Below, piece by piece: positions 53,140 to 63,473 of a stretch of 64,000 bases of DNA. The stretch is from an uncultured Verrucomicrobiae bacterium. GTDB lineage: Bacteria; Verrucomicrobiota; Verrucomicrobiia; Limisphaerales; Palsa-1400. Under the pieces are notes generated by a model that ran no database searches, was not told where the DNA came from, and saw nothing but the letters and a program-made list of their open reading frames with translations. The first letter of the stretch is position 1, and every line of letters starts with the position of its first letter. The stretch is from the NCBI GenBank assembly GCA_963707025.1, contig CAVPOM010000004.1, forward strand, positions 192,001 through 256,000. The letters run 5' to 3'. Both the position numbers and the translations under genes were made by a program.

Positions 53140-54155
53140 CGTTGCTGGTTGCGTTCGACTTTGGCCCGGGCGGTCAGCCAGTCAAGGTGGATGACATTGC
53201 AATTGTTGACGGCGTTGCCGGCGGGGGCTTCAATGGGAGTGGCGGCGACCGGGCCGGCGGCGCCCACGGGGTAGAGGACGCGCCCGCGGTCCAGGGGGAT
53301 GAATTCGTCGCCATTGGTGGCCAACTGGCCCAGGGGGCTGAAGCCAATGCAGGGCAAAGCCGGGGTAAAGGCGGCGCCGGCTGCGGTCACCGCATCCGTC
53401 GCCGGAAACGGGATCAGAATCTGGGCGAAGGGGTAGATTTGAAACGCGTTGGTCAGGCCCGACAGGGTGTTGGTGGAGGTCACCAGCACAGGCTGCGGGC
53501 TGGCAAACTTCCACGGGGCGACGAACACGCCGTCGGGCAGCGGCTTCCACTCAGTCAAGTATTGGGGATGGGCCTGGCCCGGCTGGTCCCCCACGCTGCG
53601 CAAGCTGACCAGGGCATAGGCGCCGTACTGATGGGCCAGCAGGTTGTTGTAGCTGCTCGCCTCGTTGGCCGGAACGCCGCCGGCCACGGGAAGCGGGGGA
53701 ACAAAAACCATATAGACGGTGCTGCGGTGGGACATGGCCAGTTGGCGGGCCAGCGCGCAATCGCCCAGCATTTGCTGGACGGCGGTGGTCATGGAATTGG
53801 CGCGCGTCATGCCCGGCAGATGCGGCAGGGCCAGGGCCGCCAAAAATCCGATGATGGTGACGACGACGAGCATCTCCAAAACCGTGAAGGCGCGGCGGGA
53901 ATTGGACAGGGTGAATCGGCCAGGGTAAATCGGGGAAGCGAGCGGGTGCCGGCCGCGCTTGAAGCCAAGGCCCGGCGCGGGGTTTCCGTCATGGGACGGC
54001 GCGCCGCCGCCCTGCCGGCGGACCAGCCTCCAACCGGAGCCGGCCGCGGTCGGGGCGGAACTGGAACGGACGGCGGCCGGGATCCAGGACTGGTCGCGCC
54101 AGAGAACGCGCAACGGTCTTGGGCCTGGCTGGGAATGGAGTGGCGCGGCGGTCAT
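53136..54155 (-). CDS. FimT/GspH-like minor pilin
   Basis: A|FTVLEMLVVVTII; D..LARQLAMS; start uncertain. Confidence 0.75.
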   Translation of the reverse strand: MTAAPLHSQPGPRPLRVLWRDQSWIPAAVRSSSAPTAAGSGWRLVRRQGGGAPSHDGNPAPGLGFKRGRHPLASPIYPGRFTLSNSRRAFTVLEMLVVVTIIGFLAALALPHLPGMTRANSMTTAVQQMLGDCALARQLAMSHRSTVYMVFVPPLPVAGGVPANEASSYNNLLAHQYGAYALVSLRSVGDQPGQAHPQYLTEWKPLPDGVFVAPWKFASPQPVLVTSTNTLSGLTNAFQIYPFAQILIPFPATDAVTAAGAAFTPALPCIGFSPLGQLATNGDEFIPLDRGRVLYPVGAAGPVAATPIEAPAGNAVNNCNVIHLDWLTARAKVERNQQR

Positions 54156-54161
54156 GGGAGT

Positions 54162-54858
54162 TTACCAGTTGCCGTTGGTGATGATGATGAGGTTGCCCGC
54201 GCTGTCCTTGCCGGCGGAGGTACTCAGCCCAGAGATCGAAGCCGGTGGAGTTGTGGCGGCTGGCGGAGGAGCAGTCGTAATGCCACAAATTGAGTTCGTT
54301 GGCCGCGAAGGTGCGCGGCACCGGCACGGCCAGTTGATTCAATTTAAAACCGCTGCCGTTGGTCACCAGGTAGTCCTTGGGGCCGGGGAGCGGCTGGTAA
54401 AAAGCGCGGGTTTCATCCGGGAGCGAATTGGCGATGCCGCCGCGGCCGTAGGCGGCGCTGAAGGTGGTGGCGGCAATGCGGGTTCCATCGAAAGCCAGAA
54501 AGTAATTGACACCATTGACATTGGTGACGGGCGCGCCGGTCAGTTCATAGAGCAGAGGATTCATGCCGGTGGAATTCTCATAACTGAGGTTGGTATTGTT
54601 ATTGGCGCCGGTGAGGACGTTCAGAGCGTTGTCCGGCGGATAAAAGCCCATTTTGGAATAGTAGGTGGAAATGAAGAGCGCGAGCGCGTTTTTCCTGGCG
54701 GTGACGACGGCGTCATGTTTCTTGCGGGCGGCCAGGGCGCCCAGACCGGTCAGCATGGCGGCGATGATGGCGATGACGGCGATGACCACCAGCAATTCGA
54801 TGAGGGTGAACCCATTTGCCATCCCGCCTGCGCCCGGTTTTGTCTGGCTCGTGTTCAT
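54162..54858 (-). CDS. GspG/PilA-like (pseudo)pilin, apparent +1 frameshift near 54217
   Basis: G|FTLIELLVVIAVIAII, Y....G.YPPD, FDLW; alternative frame gives SAGKD...TNGNW* ending at 54162. Confidence 0.78.
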
Positions 54859-55163
54859 GGCATTCCGCTTTCGGAGCGGCTGTCAACCCTTTGTTCCCGC
54901 ATTTCCTGTTCCATCCGCTCGCTCAGCCATTGTTTCATCATGCTTTGATAGTTGAGGTAGCGGGAGCGGGCCACGCGCTTGATCCGGGTCAGCATGCGCG
55001 GGTCCATGCGCAAGGTGATGGTGACCGAATCGGCCATCTCGCTGGCCGCCGTGACGGAGCGTTCCATCAGCCTGACCTCGATGCGGTTGTGCGCCCAAAA
55101 GGCGGCCTCGGCCTCCTCGCGGTCGAAGAGGGGGACATCGTCCCAGTTGGCGATGGCATTCAT
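54855..55163 (-). CDS. BrnA/CopG-type RHH antitoxin-like protein
   Basis: P.F..EEAEAAFW, ITLRM....L..IKRVA....LNYQSMMK.WL. Confidence 0.75.
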   Translation of the reverse strand: MNAIANWDDVPLFDREEAEAAFWAHNRIEVRLMERSVTAASEMADSVTITLRMDPRMLTRIKRVARSRYLNYQSMMKQWLSERMEQEMREQRVDSRSESGMP

Positions 55164-55166
55164 GGT

Positions 55167-55454
55167 TTATTGGGCAAGGGCATGGGAAAGCCGGCGCTGG
55201 TAGAGGAATTTTTCCTCCGGCTCAAAGGGGCGGGCGAAAATCACGCGGGCCTGCTTTCCGTTGGTGCGAAAGACGGTGAAAATCCCCTGGCCGCTGGCAG
55301 CGACGCCCAGATTGAAGAAGCGCGCCTGGACCTCGAATCTGGGGGAATCGGGGAGCAGACGAACGGCAAACGGGTCTTCAAAAGACTCCTCAATAAGCCC
55401 CAAGGATAATGAGGGATCCAAATTGAACGGCGGATTGTTCCAGTCAAACTCCAT
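55167..55454 (-). CDS. BrnT-like ribonuclease toxin
   Basis: MEFDW, E..FEDP, R...G, RVIFAR....EE..Y. Confidence 0.72.
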   Translation of the reverse strand: MEFDWNNPPFNLDPSLSLGLIEESFEDPFAVRLLPDSPRFEVQARFFNLGVAASGQGIFTVFRTNGKQARVIFARPFEPEEKFLYQRRLSHALAQ

Positions 55455-55477
55455 ATTATGTAAATCAAATGGCCATG

Positions 55478-55522
55478 CAATGTAACTACATTGTATTTAC
55501 AACATGTCCTGGAGAATGTCAA
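55478..55522 (-). promoter_or_regulatory. sigma70-like promoter with operator palindrome for brnTA
   Basis: TTGACA-17bp-TAAATA on the minus strand, followed by the inverted repeat CAATGTA-N2-TACATTG. Confidence 0.6.
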
Positions 55523-55573
55523 GGGCTCAAGTGCGAAAAAGCACCAAACAATGCAGATTCCCGGCTTTTGATC

Positions 55574-56920
55574 TCAATTCTTCAGTTCCGCAGCGGTGGC
55601 GGCTCCGACTCCGGATCCGTTGGCCTCTTCGCCGCCGACAGTGTTCATCAAGTCAATGAGGGGCAGGAACATGGCGATGACGATGCTGCCGACGACGACG
55701 GCCAGGAAGACGATCATGATCGGTTCCAGGAGGGAAGTCATGGAGGCGACGGCGTTGTCCACCTCTTCATCGTAGCTGTCGGCAATTTTCATCAACATTT
55801 CGGGCAGGGCGCCGGTTTGTTCGCCGACATCCACCATGCTGACGACCATGGGTGGAAAGACGCGGGAAGCCTCCAGCGGGGCGGTGATGGTTTCGCCTTC
55901 CTTGACGCTTTCATGGACGTCGGAAACGGCCTGGGCGATGACGACATTGCCGGAAGTTTCCTTGACGATGGTCAGAGCTTGCAGAATGGGCACGCCGCTG
56001 CTGACCAAGGTGCCCAAGGTGCGGGTGAACCTGGAGATGGCCACTTTGCTGATGACGGGTCCCAAAACCGGGATTTTCAGCTTGAACTGGTCGAAAAGGC
56101 GGCGGCCGGCCTTGGTGTAAACGATGATGCGAAACAGGATGAAAGCGGAGGCGAGGATGATGAGCGTGCGGACAATATGGAGGCGGATGGCATCGCTGAT
56201 ATTGAGAACCAGGGTGGTGAACGGGGGGAGTTCCTTTCCGCCGGTGAGGGTGCCTTGAAAGACATCCTTGAACTTGGGGATGACGATGATCATGAGAATG
56301 GCCATGATGCCGGTGGCCACAGTGATGACGGCACAGGGGTAGAACATGGCGGCAATGACTTTGCCTTTGATCTTCTGGGCCTTTTCCATGAATTCGGAAA
56401 GGCGGCGGAGCACGACTTCGAGCACACCGCCGATTTCACCGGCTTTGACCATGTTGACAAACAGGCGGTTAAAGACCTTGGGGTGCTGGGCCAGGGCCTC
56501 GGAAAAGGTGCTGCCTCCTTCAATGGCCGTTCCCAGATCGCCCAGGATGTTCTTGAGGTTGGCGCTTTTTTCCTGCTTTTGCAGCACGCGCAGTCCGCGC
56601 AACAGCGGCAAGCCGGCCTGCACCAGCGTGGATAATTGCCGGGTGAAGGTGGTCAGCACCTTGGACTTGACCCGACCGCTCAGTCCGGGGATGTTGATCT
56701 GGAAATTGAGGCCGGTGCTGCCCTTCTTGTCGCCTTTTTTGGCGGGCCTTTTGGCGCCGGTGTCGGCCGCCTTGCCGGCGCCTTTGTCCTCCACGACCTT
56801 GGTGGGGAAGAACCCCATGTCGCGGATGCGGCCGATGGCTTCATTCTGGCTGCTGACTTCGAGCGTGCCTTTGGTTTCCTTGCCCCGGGCGTCCATGGCC
56901 ACATAGTTATATTTTGGCAT
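55574..56920 (-). CDS. pilC: Type IV pilus platform protein PilC/GspF
   Basis: FTRQLSTLVQAGLPL, AGEIGGVL, AMFYP, GEQTGAL.EML, LLEP. Confidence 0.93.
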   Translation of the reverse strand: MPKYNYVAMDARGKETKGTLEVSSQNEAIGRIRDMGFFPTKVVEDKGAGKAADTGAKRPAKKGDKKGSTGLNFQINIPGLSGRVKSKVLTTFTRQLSTLVQAGLPLLRGLRVLQKQEKSANLKNILGDLGTAIEGGSTFSEALAQHPKVFNRLFVNMVKAGEIGGVLEVVLRRLSEFMEKAQKIKGKVIAAMFYPCAVITVATGIMAILMIIVIPKFKDVFQGTLTGGKELPPFTTLVLNISDAIRLHIVRTLIILASAFILFRIIVYTKAGRRLFDQFKLKIPVLGPVISKVAISRFTRTLGTLVSSGVPILQALTIVKETSGNVVIAQAVSDVHESVKEGETITAPLEASRVFPPMVVSMVDVGEQTGALPEMLMKIADSYDEEVDNAVASMTSLLEPIMIVFLAVVVGSIVIAMFLPLIDLMNTVGGEEANGSGVGAATAAELKN

Positions 56921-56924
56921 AAAA

Positions 56925-58640
56925 TCAGGTGTATTTGACGACTTCTTCAATGGTGGTTTCCCCGTCGAAAATGCCGCGCAAGCCGTCCTCGCGCAGCGTC
57001 ACCATGCCCTGTTCGACGGCCTTCTGGCGGATGACCACGGTCGGAGCCCGTTCGTTGATGAGCAACCGGATGGGGTCGGAGGCGACGAGCAATTCAAAAA
57101 TGCCCCGGCGGCCTCTGTAACCGGTGTCGTTGCAGGCGGCGCAGCCGCGGCCGTAGTAGAAGACCTTGTCGCCGATGTCATGCGGCGAAAGGTTCAGGAG
57201 GGAAAGCTGGTTCTCGGTCGGCTCGAAAGGCGTCCGGCACTTTTTGCAGATGGTCCGCACCAGGCGCTGGGCCAGCACCGCCATCAAGGTGGAAGAGATC
57301 AAAAATGGTTCCACTCCCATGTCAATCAAACGGGTGACCGCCCCGGAGGCGTCATTGGTGTGGAGGGTGGTCAGGACCAGGTGGCCGGTGAGGGAGGCCT
57401 GGATGGCGATTTGCGACGTCTCCAGGTCGCGCATTTCCCCGAGCATGATAATATCCGGATCCTGCCGGAGGAAGGCGCGCAAGGCCCGGCTGAAGGTCAT
57501 GCCCACCGCTTCATTGACCGCCACTTGCATGATGCCTTCCATGTCATATTCCACCGGGTCCTCCACCGTCAGCAGTTTGCTGTCCATGAGGTTGACCTGC
57601 TGCAGGCACGAATAGAGGGTGGTGGTTTTGCCGCAGCCGGTCGGCCCGGTGACGACGATGATGCCATTGGGCCGGAAGATGGCCTGCAGGAGATAATCCA
57701 GCGTGGCCTTGGGCATGCCCAGGCCTTTAATGTCCAGGTTGACCGCGGCGCGATCCAGCACGCGCAAGACCACCGATTCGCCAAACTGGGTGGGCAGGGT
57801 GGAAACGCGCAAATCAATTTTCCGGCCGTTGACGGTGATGGCGATGCGTCCGTCCTGGGGCAGGCGGCGCTCGGAAATGTCCAGGTTGGCCATGACCTTC
57901 AAGCGGGAGATGACCGGCAGGGCCAGGTTTTTTGGGGGCGGGGCCATTTCGTAGAGCGCGCCGTCCACGCGGTAGCGGATCTTGAATTCGTCCTCAAACG
58001 GCTCGAAATGAATGTCGCTGGCCCGGTCCGCCACCGCCTGGGAAAGCACCAGGCTGACAAACTTGATGATGGGCGTGGCGTCGGCCAGATTGGCCAGGTC
58101 CTGCGTCCCGCCGGCGGCTTCGGCTGCGGCCACCTCGCGCGCGATGTCCTCGTTGCTGCCCAACTCCTTGAGCATTTCGCCGACATCGCTTTGCGCCTCG
58201 CCGTAGTAGCGGGTGATGGCCTCCTCAATGTCCTTGGGATCGGCCACCAGCGGCACGATCTCCTTGCGCAGCAAATAGCCCAATTCATCCACCAGCGGTT
58301 GGTTGAGCGGATCGGCCAGCGCAAGGTGGATGCTGGAATCGAACACGGCCACCGGCAGGCACTTGTAATTGCGGGCCGTGTCCGCCGGGACCGCCGAGAG
58401 AACATCCGGGGTCAGATCCTTGCCGCCCAGTTGAATGACTTCGGTGCCCAGATGGGTGGCGATGGTCTGGAGTTGCGTGGCCGTGTCCATCAGGTCGAAA
58501 TCATTCAAGATCTCCCCGATGGGCTTGCCGGTGCGGTTGTGCTCATCCTTGACTTCGTCCAATTGCAGGTCGTCGAGCAGATGGCTGTCCCGAATGAGGT
58601 TGAGCAGCGGGCTGGAAACAGGTTCGGACTTGGGGTTCAT
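56925..58640 (-). CDS. pilB: Pilus assembly ATPase PilB/GspE (paralog 2)
   Basis: [32 protein letters not shown], tetracysteine motif. Confidence 0.9.
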   Translation of the reverse strand: MNPKSEPVSSPLLNLIRDSHLLDDLQLDEVKDEHNRTGKPIGEILNDFDLMDTATQLQTIATHLGTEVIQLGGKDLTPDVLSAVPADTARNYKCLPVAVFDSSIHLALADPLNQPLVDELGYLLRKEIVPLVADPKDIEEAITRYYGEAQSDVGEMLKELGSNEDIAREVAAAEAAGGTQDLANLADATPIIKFVSLVLSQAVADRASDIHFEPFEDEFKIRYRVDGALYEMAPPPKNLALPVISRLKVMANLDISERRLPQDGRIAITVNGRKIDLRVSTLPTQFGESVVLRVLDRAAVNLDIKGLGMPKATLDYLLQAIFRPNGIIVVTGPTGCGKTTTLYSCLQQVNLMDSKLLTVEDPVEYDMEGIMQVAVNEAVGMTFSRALRAFLRQDPDIIMLGEMRDLETSQIAIQASLTGHLVLTTLHTNDASGAVTRLIDMGVEPFLISSTLMAVLAQRLVRTICKKCRTPFEPTENQLSLLNLSPHDIGDKVFYYGRGCAACNDTGYRGRRGIFELLVASDPIRLLINERAPTVVIRQKAVEQGMVTLREDGLRGIFDGETTIEEVVKYT

Positions 58641-59752
58641 TTGGTCTCTCCTGGGTGCAGGGCGGCTGCTTCCGCCTGGGCGGCTTCCCACTCCGCCAGC
58701 TTCTGCACCACGGTGGTGGGGTCCTGGGATTTGGTGATCACCTCGTCGCGGGAAATCAGGCCCTTCATGTGCAATTCCATGAGGTAGCCGTCGAGGGTGA
58801 CCATGCCGTACTTGCCGCCGGTCTGAATGTCGGAATTGATGCGGAATGTTTTGTTGTCCCGGATCAGCGCCTGGATGCCGGGCGTATTGATCATGATTTC
58901 GTAGGCGGCCACCCGCCCCGGCTTGTCGCAGCGCGGCAGGAGCAATTGGGAGATGACGGCCTGCAAGACGGTAGAAAGCTGGATGCGGATGGTTTCCTGT
59001 TGTTGCATGGGGAAGGCGTTGACCAATCGGTCAATCGTCTTGGCCGCGCCGGTGGTATGCAAAGTGGCGAAGACCAGGTGCCCGGTTTCCGCCGCCGTGA
59101 TGGCGGCCTCCATCGTTTCCAGATCGCGCAACTCGCCCACCAGAACCACGTCCGGGTCCTGGCGCAGGGCGCGGCGCAAGGACTCGGAAAAGCTGGGGAC
59201 ATCAATATGAACCTCGCGCTGGGTGACGATGGCCCTTTTATGTTTGTGGTAATACTCAATCGGGTCCTCCACTGTGATGATGTGGGCATCGTCGCGGGTT
59301 TCGTTGATGATGTTGATCATCGAAGCCAGGGTGGTGGTTTTGCCCGAGCCGGTCGGGCCGGTGACCAGGATCAGTCCGCGCGGCTTGCGCAACAAGCCGT
59401 TGATGGTATGCACGGGCAGGCCGATTTGCTCCAGGGTCAAGAGCAGGGTGGGAATCTGGCGCAGGACAATGCCGAAATCCCCCTTGGTCTTGAAAACGCT
59501 GACGCGGAAGCGGGCCACTTCGCCAAAGGCGAAACCGAAATCGGCCCCGCCCTTCTCCCGCACCTGCTGAATGTGGTCTTCGCTCGTGACGCTGCGCACC
59601 AATTCTTCCACGTCTTCGGGCCGCAACTGCGGCCCGTCCACCCGGTGGAGAATGCCATGAACCCGGATGACCGGGGCGACATAAGAGCGGAGGTGCAAAT
59701 CGGAGGCGCCCTCCTGCACCACCAACTGCAATAAATCAGCCATCGAATACAT
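58637..59752 (-). CDS. pilT: Pilus retraction ATPase PilT
   Basis: [47 protein letters not shown]. Confidence 0.93.
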   Translation of the reverse strand: MYSMADLLQLVVQEGASDLHLRSYVAPVIRVHGILHRVDGPQLRPEDVEELVRSVTSEDHIQQVREKGGADFGFAFGEVARFRVSVFKTKGDFGIVLRQIPTLLLTLEQIGLPVHTINGLLRKPRGLILVTGPTGSGKTTTLASMINIINETRDDAHIITVEDPIEYYHKHKRAIVTQREVHIDVPSFSESLRRALRQDPDVVLVGELRDLETMEAAITAAETGHLVFATLHTTGAAKTIDRLVNAFPMQQQETIRIQLSTVLQAVISQLLLPRCDKPGRVAAYEIMINTPGIQALIRDNKTFRINSDIQTGGKYGMVTLDGYLMELHMKGLISRDEVITKSQDPTTVVQKLAEWEAAQAEAAALHPGETK

Positions 59753-59797
59753 ACTGGTTCCAACTCTTGGTCTTGCGCTCTATTATTCTAATGCATT

Positions 59798-61504
59798 TTA
59801 ATCGGCATCGCCAGTGGTGGCGCGGATCACTTCATCGGCCGTGGTCAGCCCGGCCAGGACCTTGCGCGCCCCGTCTTCGCGCAACGTGCGCATGCCCATC
59901 TCGCGGGCCCGGGCGCGCAAGACGGAGGAGGAGACCCGCTCATAGATCAATTTGCGGGCCTCGTCGTCCAGGACGAAAATCTCAAAAATGCCAAAGCGGC
60001 CGCGATAAGTGGTTTTGTTGCAATCGCTGCAGCCCTTGCCCTGCATGCAGTTGGCCCCGGCCAATTGGCCGGCATCCAGGTTCAAACCCTTCAGCTCCGT
60101 GTCGCTGGGCGTATAGGGGGCGCCGCAACGCTTGCAGACTTTGCGCACCAGCCGCTGGGCCATCAAGGCGCGGACGGAGGAGGCGACCAGGAAGGGCTTG
60201 ACGCCGATGTCAATCAAACGGGTCACGGCGCTGGGAGCGTCGTTGGTATGGAGGGTGGAGAAGACCAGGTGCCCGGTGAGGGAGGCGTTGATGGCGATGG
60301 TGGCGGTTTCCACGTCGCGGATTTCCCCCAGCATGATGACGTTGGGGGCCTGGCGCAACATGGAGCGCAGGGCCATGGCGAAGGTCAGCCCGACGGTTTC
60401 GTTGACCTGCACCTGGTTGATGCCGGAGAGCAAATATTCCACCGGGTCCTCCACCGTGATGATCTTGCGGTCCGGGCGGTTGATGAAATTTAAACAGGAA
60501 TACAGGGTGGTGGTCTTGCCCGAACCGGTCGGGCCGGTCACCAGCAGGATGCCGTCCGGCAGGCCGATCAAGCGCTCAAAAGTCTGCTGGTCATCGGTGA
60601 AAAAGCCCAGTTCCGGCAGGCCCAGGCGCAATCCTTCCTTGTCCAATATACGCATGACGATGCTTTCCCCGTGATTGGTCGGAATGCAGGACACGCGCAG
60701 GTCAATCAACTTGCCTCCCACCGAGGTCTGAATGCGTCCGTCCTGCGGGATGCGCCGTTCGGCAATGGACATGGCGGACTGGATTTTGATGCGGCTGAGT
60801 ACGGCGGCTTGCAACCGCTTGGGCGGGCTTTTCATCTCATGGAGCATGCCGTCAATGCGGTAGCGCACCCGGAAGGTCTTGGAGAGCGGTTCCAAATGAA
60901 TGTCCGAGGCCCGCGCCCGGAAGGCTTCCACGATGAGCATGTTGACCAGCTTGATGATGGGGGCGTCGGCTTCCACGGTGGCGCCATCGTCCCCGATCTG
61001 CTTTTTGGCGCCCGCAATGTCCACTTCGCCCTCGGTGATTTCCTGGATCATGTTGGAGACCGACTCGTCCGCCGCCCCGTAGTATTTGTTGAGCGCGGCC
61101 TCGATGTCTTCCGGGGTGGCCACGCGCCACTCGATTTCGGCGTTGATCATGCGTTGCAGGCTGTCAATGGTGTCCAAATCGGACGGATCGGCCAGGGCCA
61201 CCGTGATGGCGTTGTTGTTTTTGGCCACCGGGATGGCCCGATATCGCTTGGCCACATGGCGCGGCACGGCGGCAATCACGTCATCGGGCAGGCGCAGGTT
61301 GCTTAAAGTGACGAATTCGTAGCCGAGATGGGAGGCCTTGGCCTGGGCCACATCGGAGGGCGAAACAATTTTGCGGGTCAGCAGCAGGTCCAGCAGCCCT
61401 TCGGAGTTGGCCTCGGCTTCCTCGCGCAACGGGGCCAGTTGCTCGGCGCTGACGCGCCCCATGTCCACCAATAAATCTACTAAATTGTCGTCTTTCGCGG
61501 CCAC
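59798..61504 (-). CDS. pilB: Pilus assembly ATPase PilB/GspE (paralog 1)
   Basis: [30 protein letters not shown], tetracysteine motif. Confidence 0.9.
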   Translation of the reverse strand: MAAKDDNLVDLLVDMGRVSAEQLAPLREEAEANSEGLLDLLLTRKIVSPSDVAQAKASHLGYEFVTLSNLRLPDDVIAAVPRHVAKRYRAIPVAKNNNAITVALADPSDLDTIDSLQRMINAEIEWRVATPEDIEAALNKYYGAADESVSNMIQEITEGEVDIAGAKKQIGDDGATVEADAPIIKLVNMLIVEAFRARASDIHLEPLSKTFRVRYRIDGMLHEMKSPPKRLQAAVLSRIKIQSAMSIAERRIPQDGRIQTSVGGKLIDLRVSCIPTNHGESIVMRILDKEGLRLGLPELGFFTDDQQTFERLIGLPDGILLVTGPTGSGKTTTLYSCLNFINRPDRKIITVEDPVEYLLSGINQVQVNETVGLTFAMALRSMLRQAPNVIMLGEIRDVETATIAINASLTGHLVFSTLHTNDAPSAVTRLIDIGVKPFLVASSVRALMAQRLVRKVCKRCGAPYTPSDTELKGLNLDAGQLAGANCMQGKGCSDCNKTTYRGRFGIFEIFVLDDEARKLIYERVSSSVLRARAREMGMRTLREDGARKVLAGLTTADEVIRATTGDAD

Positions 61505-61838
61505 AATTCACCTTTGGTTCAATCGGTCTTCATCCTGAAAGAAATCCATTGTACAGGCCCCCCTTGGCCCTTGTCCATCAAAGAATAATGAAGTGAGAAT
61601 GGTGAATTGAGATGAAAAATCCCGGCTTTCACCATGCACTATTCCTGGCCCGCCTGCGCTCGTTTTCATAAAGAAAGAGAGGCCGCCTGGCGGAAGAGCG
61701 GTCTGTTCGATGTCTCAAATTGGGTCCCCACCCCCTTTTTAACCCGCTTTACCCTTTTTTCCCCGCTTTATACTGATGTCTCCTCGGCGTTTTTGGCTCT
61801 TCCTTCCAAACGACCTCTCTATCTGTCCGATTCTATGA

Positions 61839-61853
61839 GCCTAATCTGTGCCA
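61839..61853 (-). promoter_or_regulatory. Candidate sigma54 promoter upstream of pilB
   Basis: TGGCACAGATTAGGC (GG-N10-GC); a second similar site at 62202..62216. Confidence 0.35.
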
Positions 61854-62360
61854 AGATGAGAAACCAGGCCGGCCGTTCAACCCAGGACTCTGATATACGG
61901 AGCAAGAAATGTAAAAGGAACAGAGCGGCCTGTTGTGGCCAGCCGGCGCGCCGCGCTTTTCACGCATTGTGCGTTTTTTTCACGCATTCCAGCCATCGGA
62001 ACGGAGGGTCTTTTTATTGGATTTTCTGCCGGGAATGGGCCTGGGCGGGGAAACGCTGGCCAGGATCAGGAAACAACAAAGGCTGCCTGGGGAGAATCGT
62101 CGGACTGAACGGACTTCTCAGAACCGGTTCCCCAAAGCCACCTCCTTTAGCTTTAACCGGTTCTAAGAAACTTCCCCCAGGCAGCCCGTGCATGAACGCA
62201 AGCGTAAGTTGTGCCATCTGTTTTCCAACCGGCAATACGAGGAGGAAGCATGGCAGAACTGACCGGGGCAAATTGCAAAATGCAATCAACTAAAAAAAAA
62301 TGCACGGGCGGCCGCGACAAACACTTTGCCTGGCGCCAGCGGCCGGATTAATCTGCGCGC

Positions 62361-63473
62361 ATGAAAATAGCGCCGGCGTTTCATCCGCCCAAACGGCTGA
62401 TGATGGGCCCCGGCCCCGGCCAGGTTGCCCCCGCCGTCCTCCAGGCCATGGCCCAACCGATCATCGGCATCATGGACCCGGCATTTTTGCGGTTGATGGA
62501 GGAAAGCCAGGCCATGCTGCGGGCCGTCTTCTTGACAAAGAATGAGCTGACCTTTCCCGTCAGCGGCACGGGCAGCGCCGGGATGGAGTTCTGCCTGGCC
62601 AACCTGGTCGAGCCGGGGGACGAGGTGGTGGTGGGAATCAACGGCTCCTTCGGCCTGCGCATGGCGGACATGGCGGAGCGTTGCGGCGCGCGGGTGAGCC
62701 GGGTGGAGGCCGAATGGGGCCGGATCATCGAGCCGGAACAAATGGCGGCGGCGCTGAAGAACAAGCGGCCCAAACTGGTGGCCCTGGCGCACGGGGAAAC
62801 TTCCACCGGGGTGCTGACGCCGACGGAGGAGATTGGCCGGCTGGCGCGGGAGGCGGGGGCCTTGTTTATGCTGGACACCGTGGTGACGCTCGGCGGTTGC
62901 CCGGTGCGGGTGGATCAATGGGGGGTGGACGCGGCCTTCAGCGCGTCGCAAAAGTGCCTGGGTTGCCCGCCGGGGCTGGCGCCGGTGTCGCTGAGCGCGC
63001 GGGCGGTGGCGGCGATGGGCCAACGCCGGCGCCCCAGCCAGAGCTGGTACCTGGACGGCAACCTGCTGGCCGGCTACTGGGGGCCGGGGCACGGCTACCA
63101 CCACACCACGCCGATCAACATGAACTACGGCCTGCACGAGGCCCTGCGCCTGGCCCTGCAGGAGGGACTGGCAAAGCGCTGGCGGCGGCACGAGCAAAAT
63201 TTCCTCGCGCTGAAGAGAGGTTTGACAGGTCTCGGCCTGGAGACGGCCGGGCAGCCGGAACATCCGCTCTGGCCGCTGACGGCGGTGCGGGCGCCGGCGG
63301 GGGTGGACGCGGGAGCGGTGCGGACAAAATTGTTGACTGATTTCAACATCGAGGTGGGCGAGGGCTTCGGGCCGTGGCGGGGAAAAGTCTGGCGGGTGGG
63401 GCTGATGGGGGACAGCTCGCGGGGTGAATACGTGGAGGCTTTCCTGGCGGCGATGAAAGAATTGCTGCGGTAG
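62361..63473 (+). CDS. Class V PLP aminotransferase (alanine/serine-glyoxylate type)
   Basis: MGPGP, GTGSAGME, HGETSTGV, SASQKCL..PPGL, YHHT.P. Confidence 0.92.
   Translation: MKIAPAFHPPKRLMMGPGPGQVAPAVLQAMAQPIIGIMDPAFLRLMEESQAMLRAVFLTKNELTFPVSGTGSAGMEFCLANLVEPGDEVVVGINGSFGLRMADMAERCGARVSRVEAEWGRIIEPEQMAAALKNKRPKLVALAHGETSTGVLTPTEEIGRLAREAGALFMLDTVVTLGGCPVRVDQWGVDAAFSASQKCLGCPPGLAPVSLSARAVAAMGQRRRPSQSWYLDGNLLAGYWGPGHGYHHTTPINMNYGLHEALRLALQEGLAKRWRRHEQNFLALKRGLTGLGLETAGQPEHPLWPLTAVRAPAGVDAGAVRTKLLTDFNIEVGEGFGPWRGKVWRVGLMGDSSRGEYVEAFLAAMKELLR

Noticed and set aside
61634..62293. 219-aa plus-strand ORF
   Set aside because: Atypical composition and no motifs; more likely regulatory intergenic DNA.
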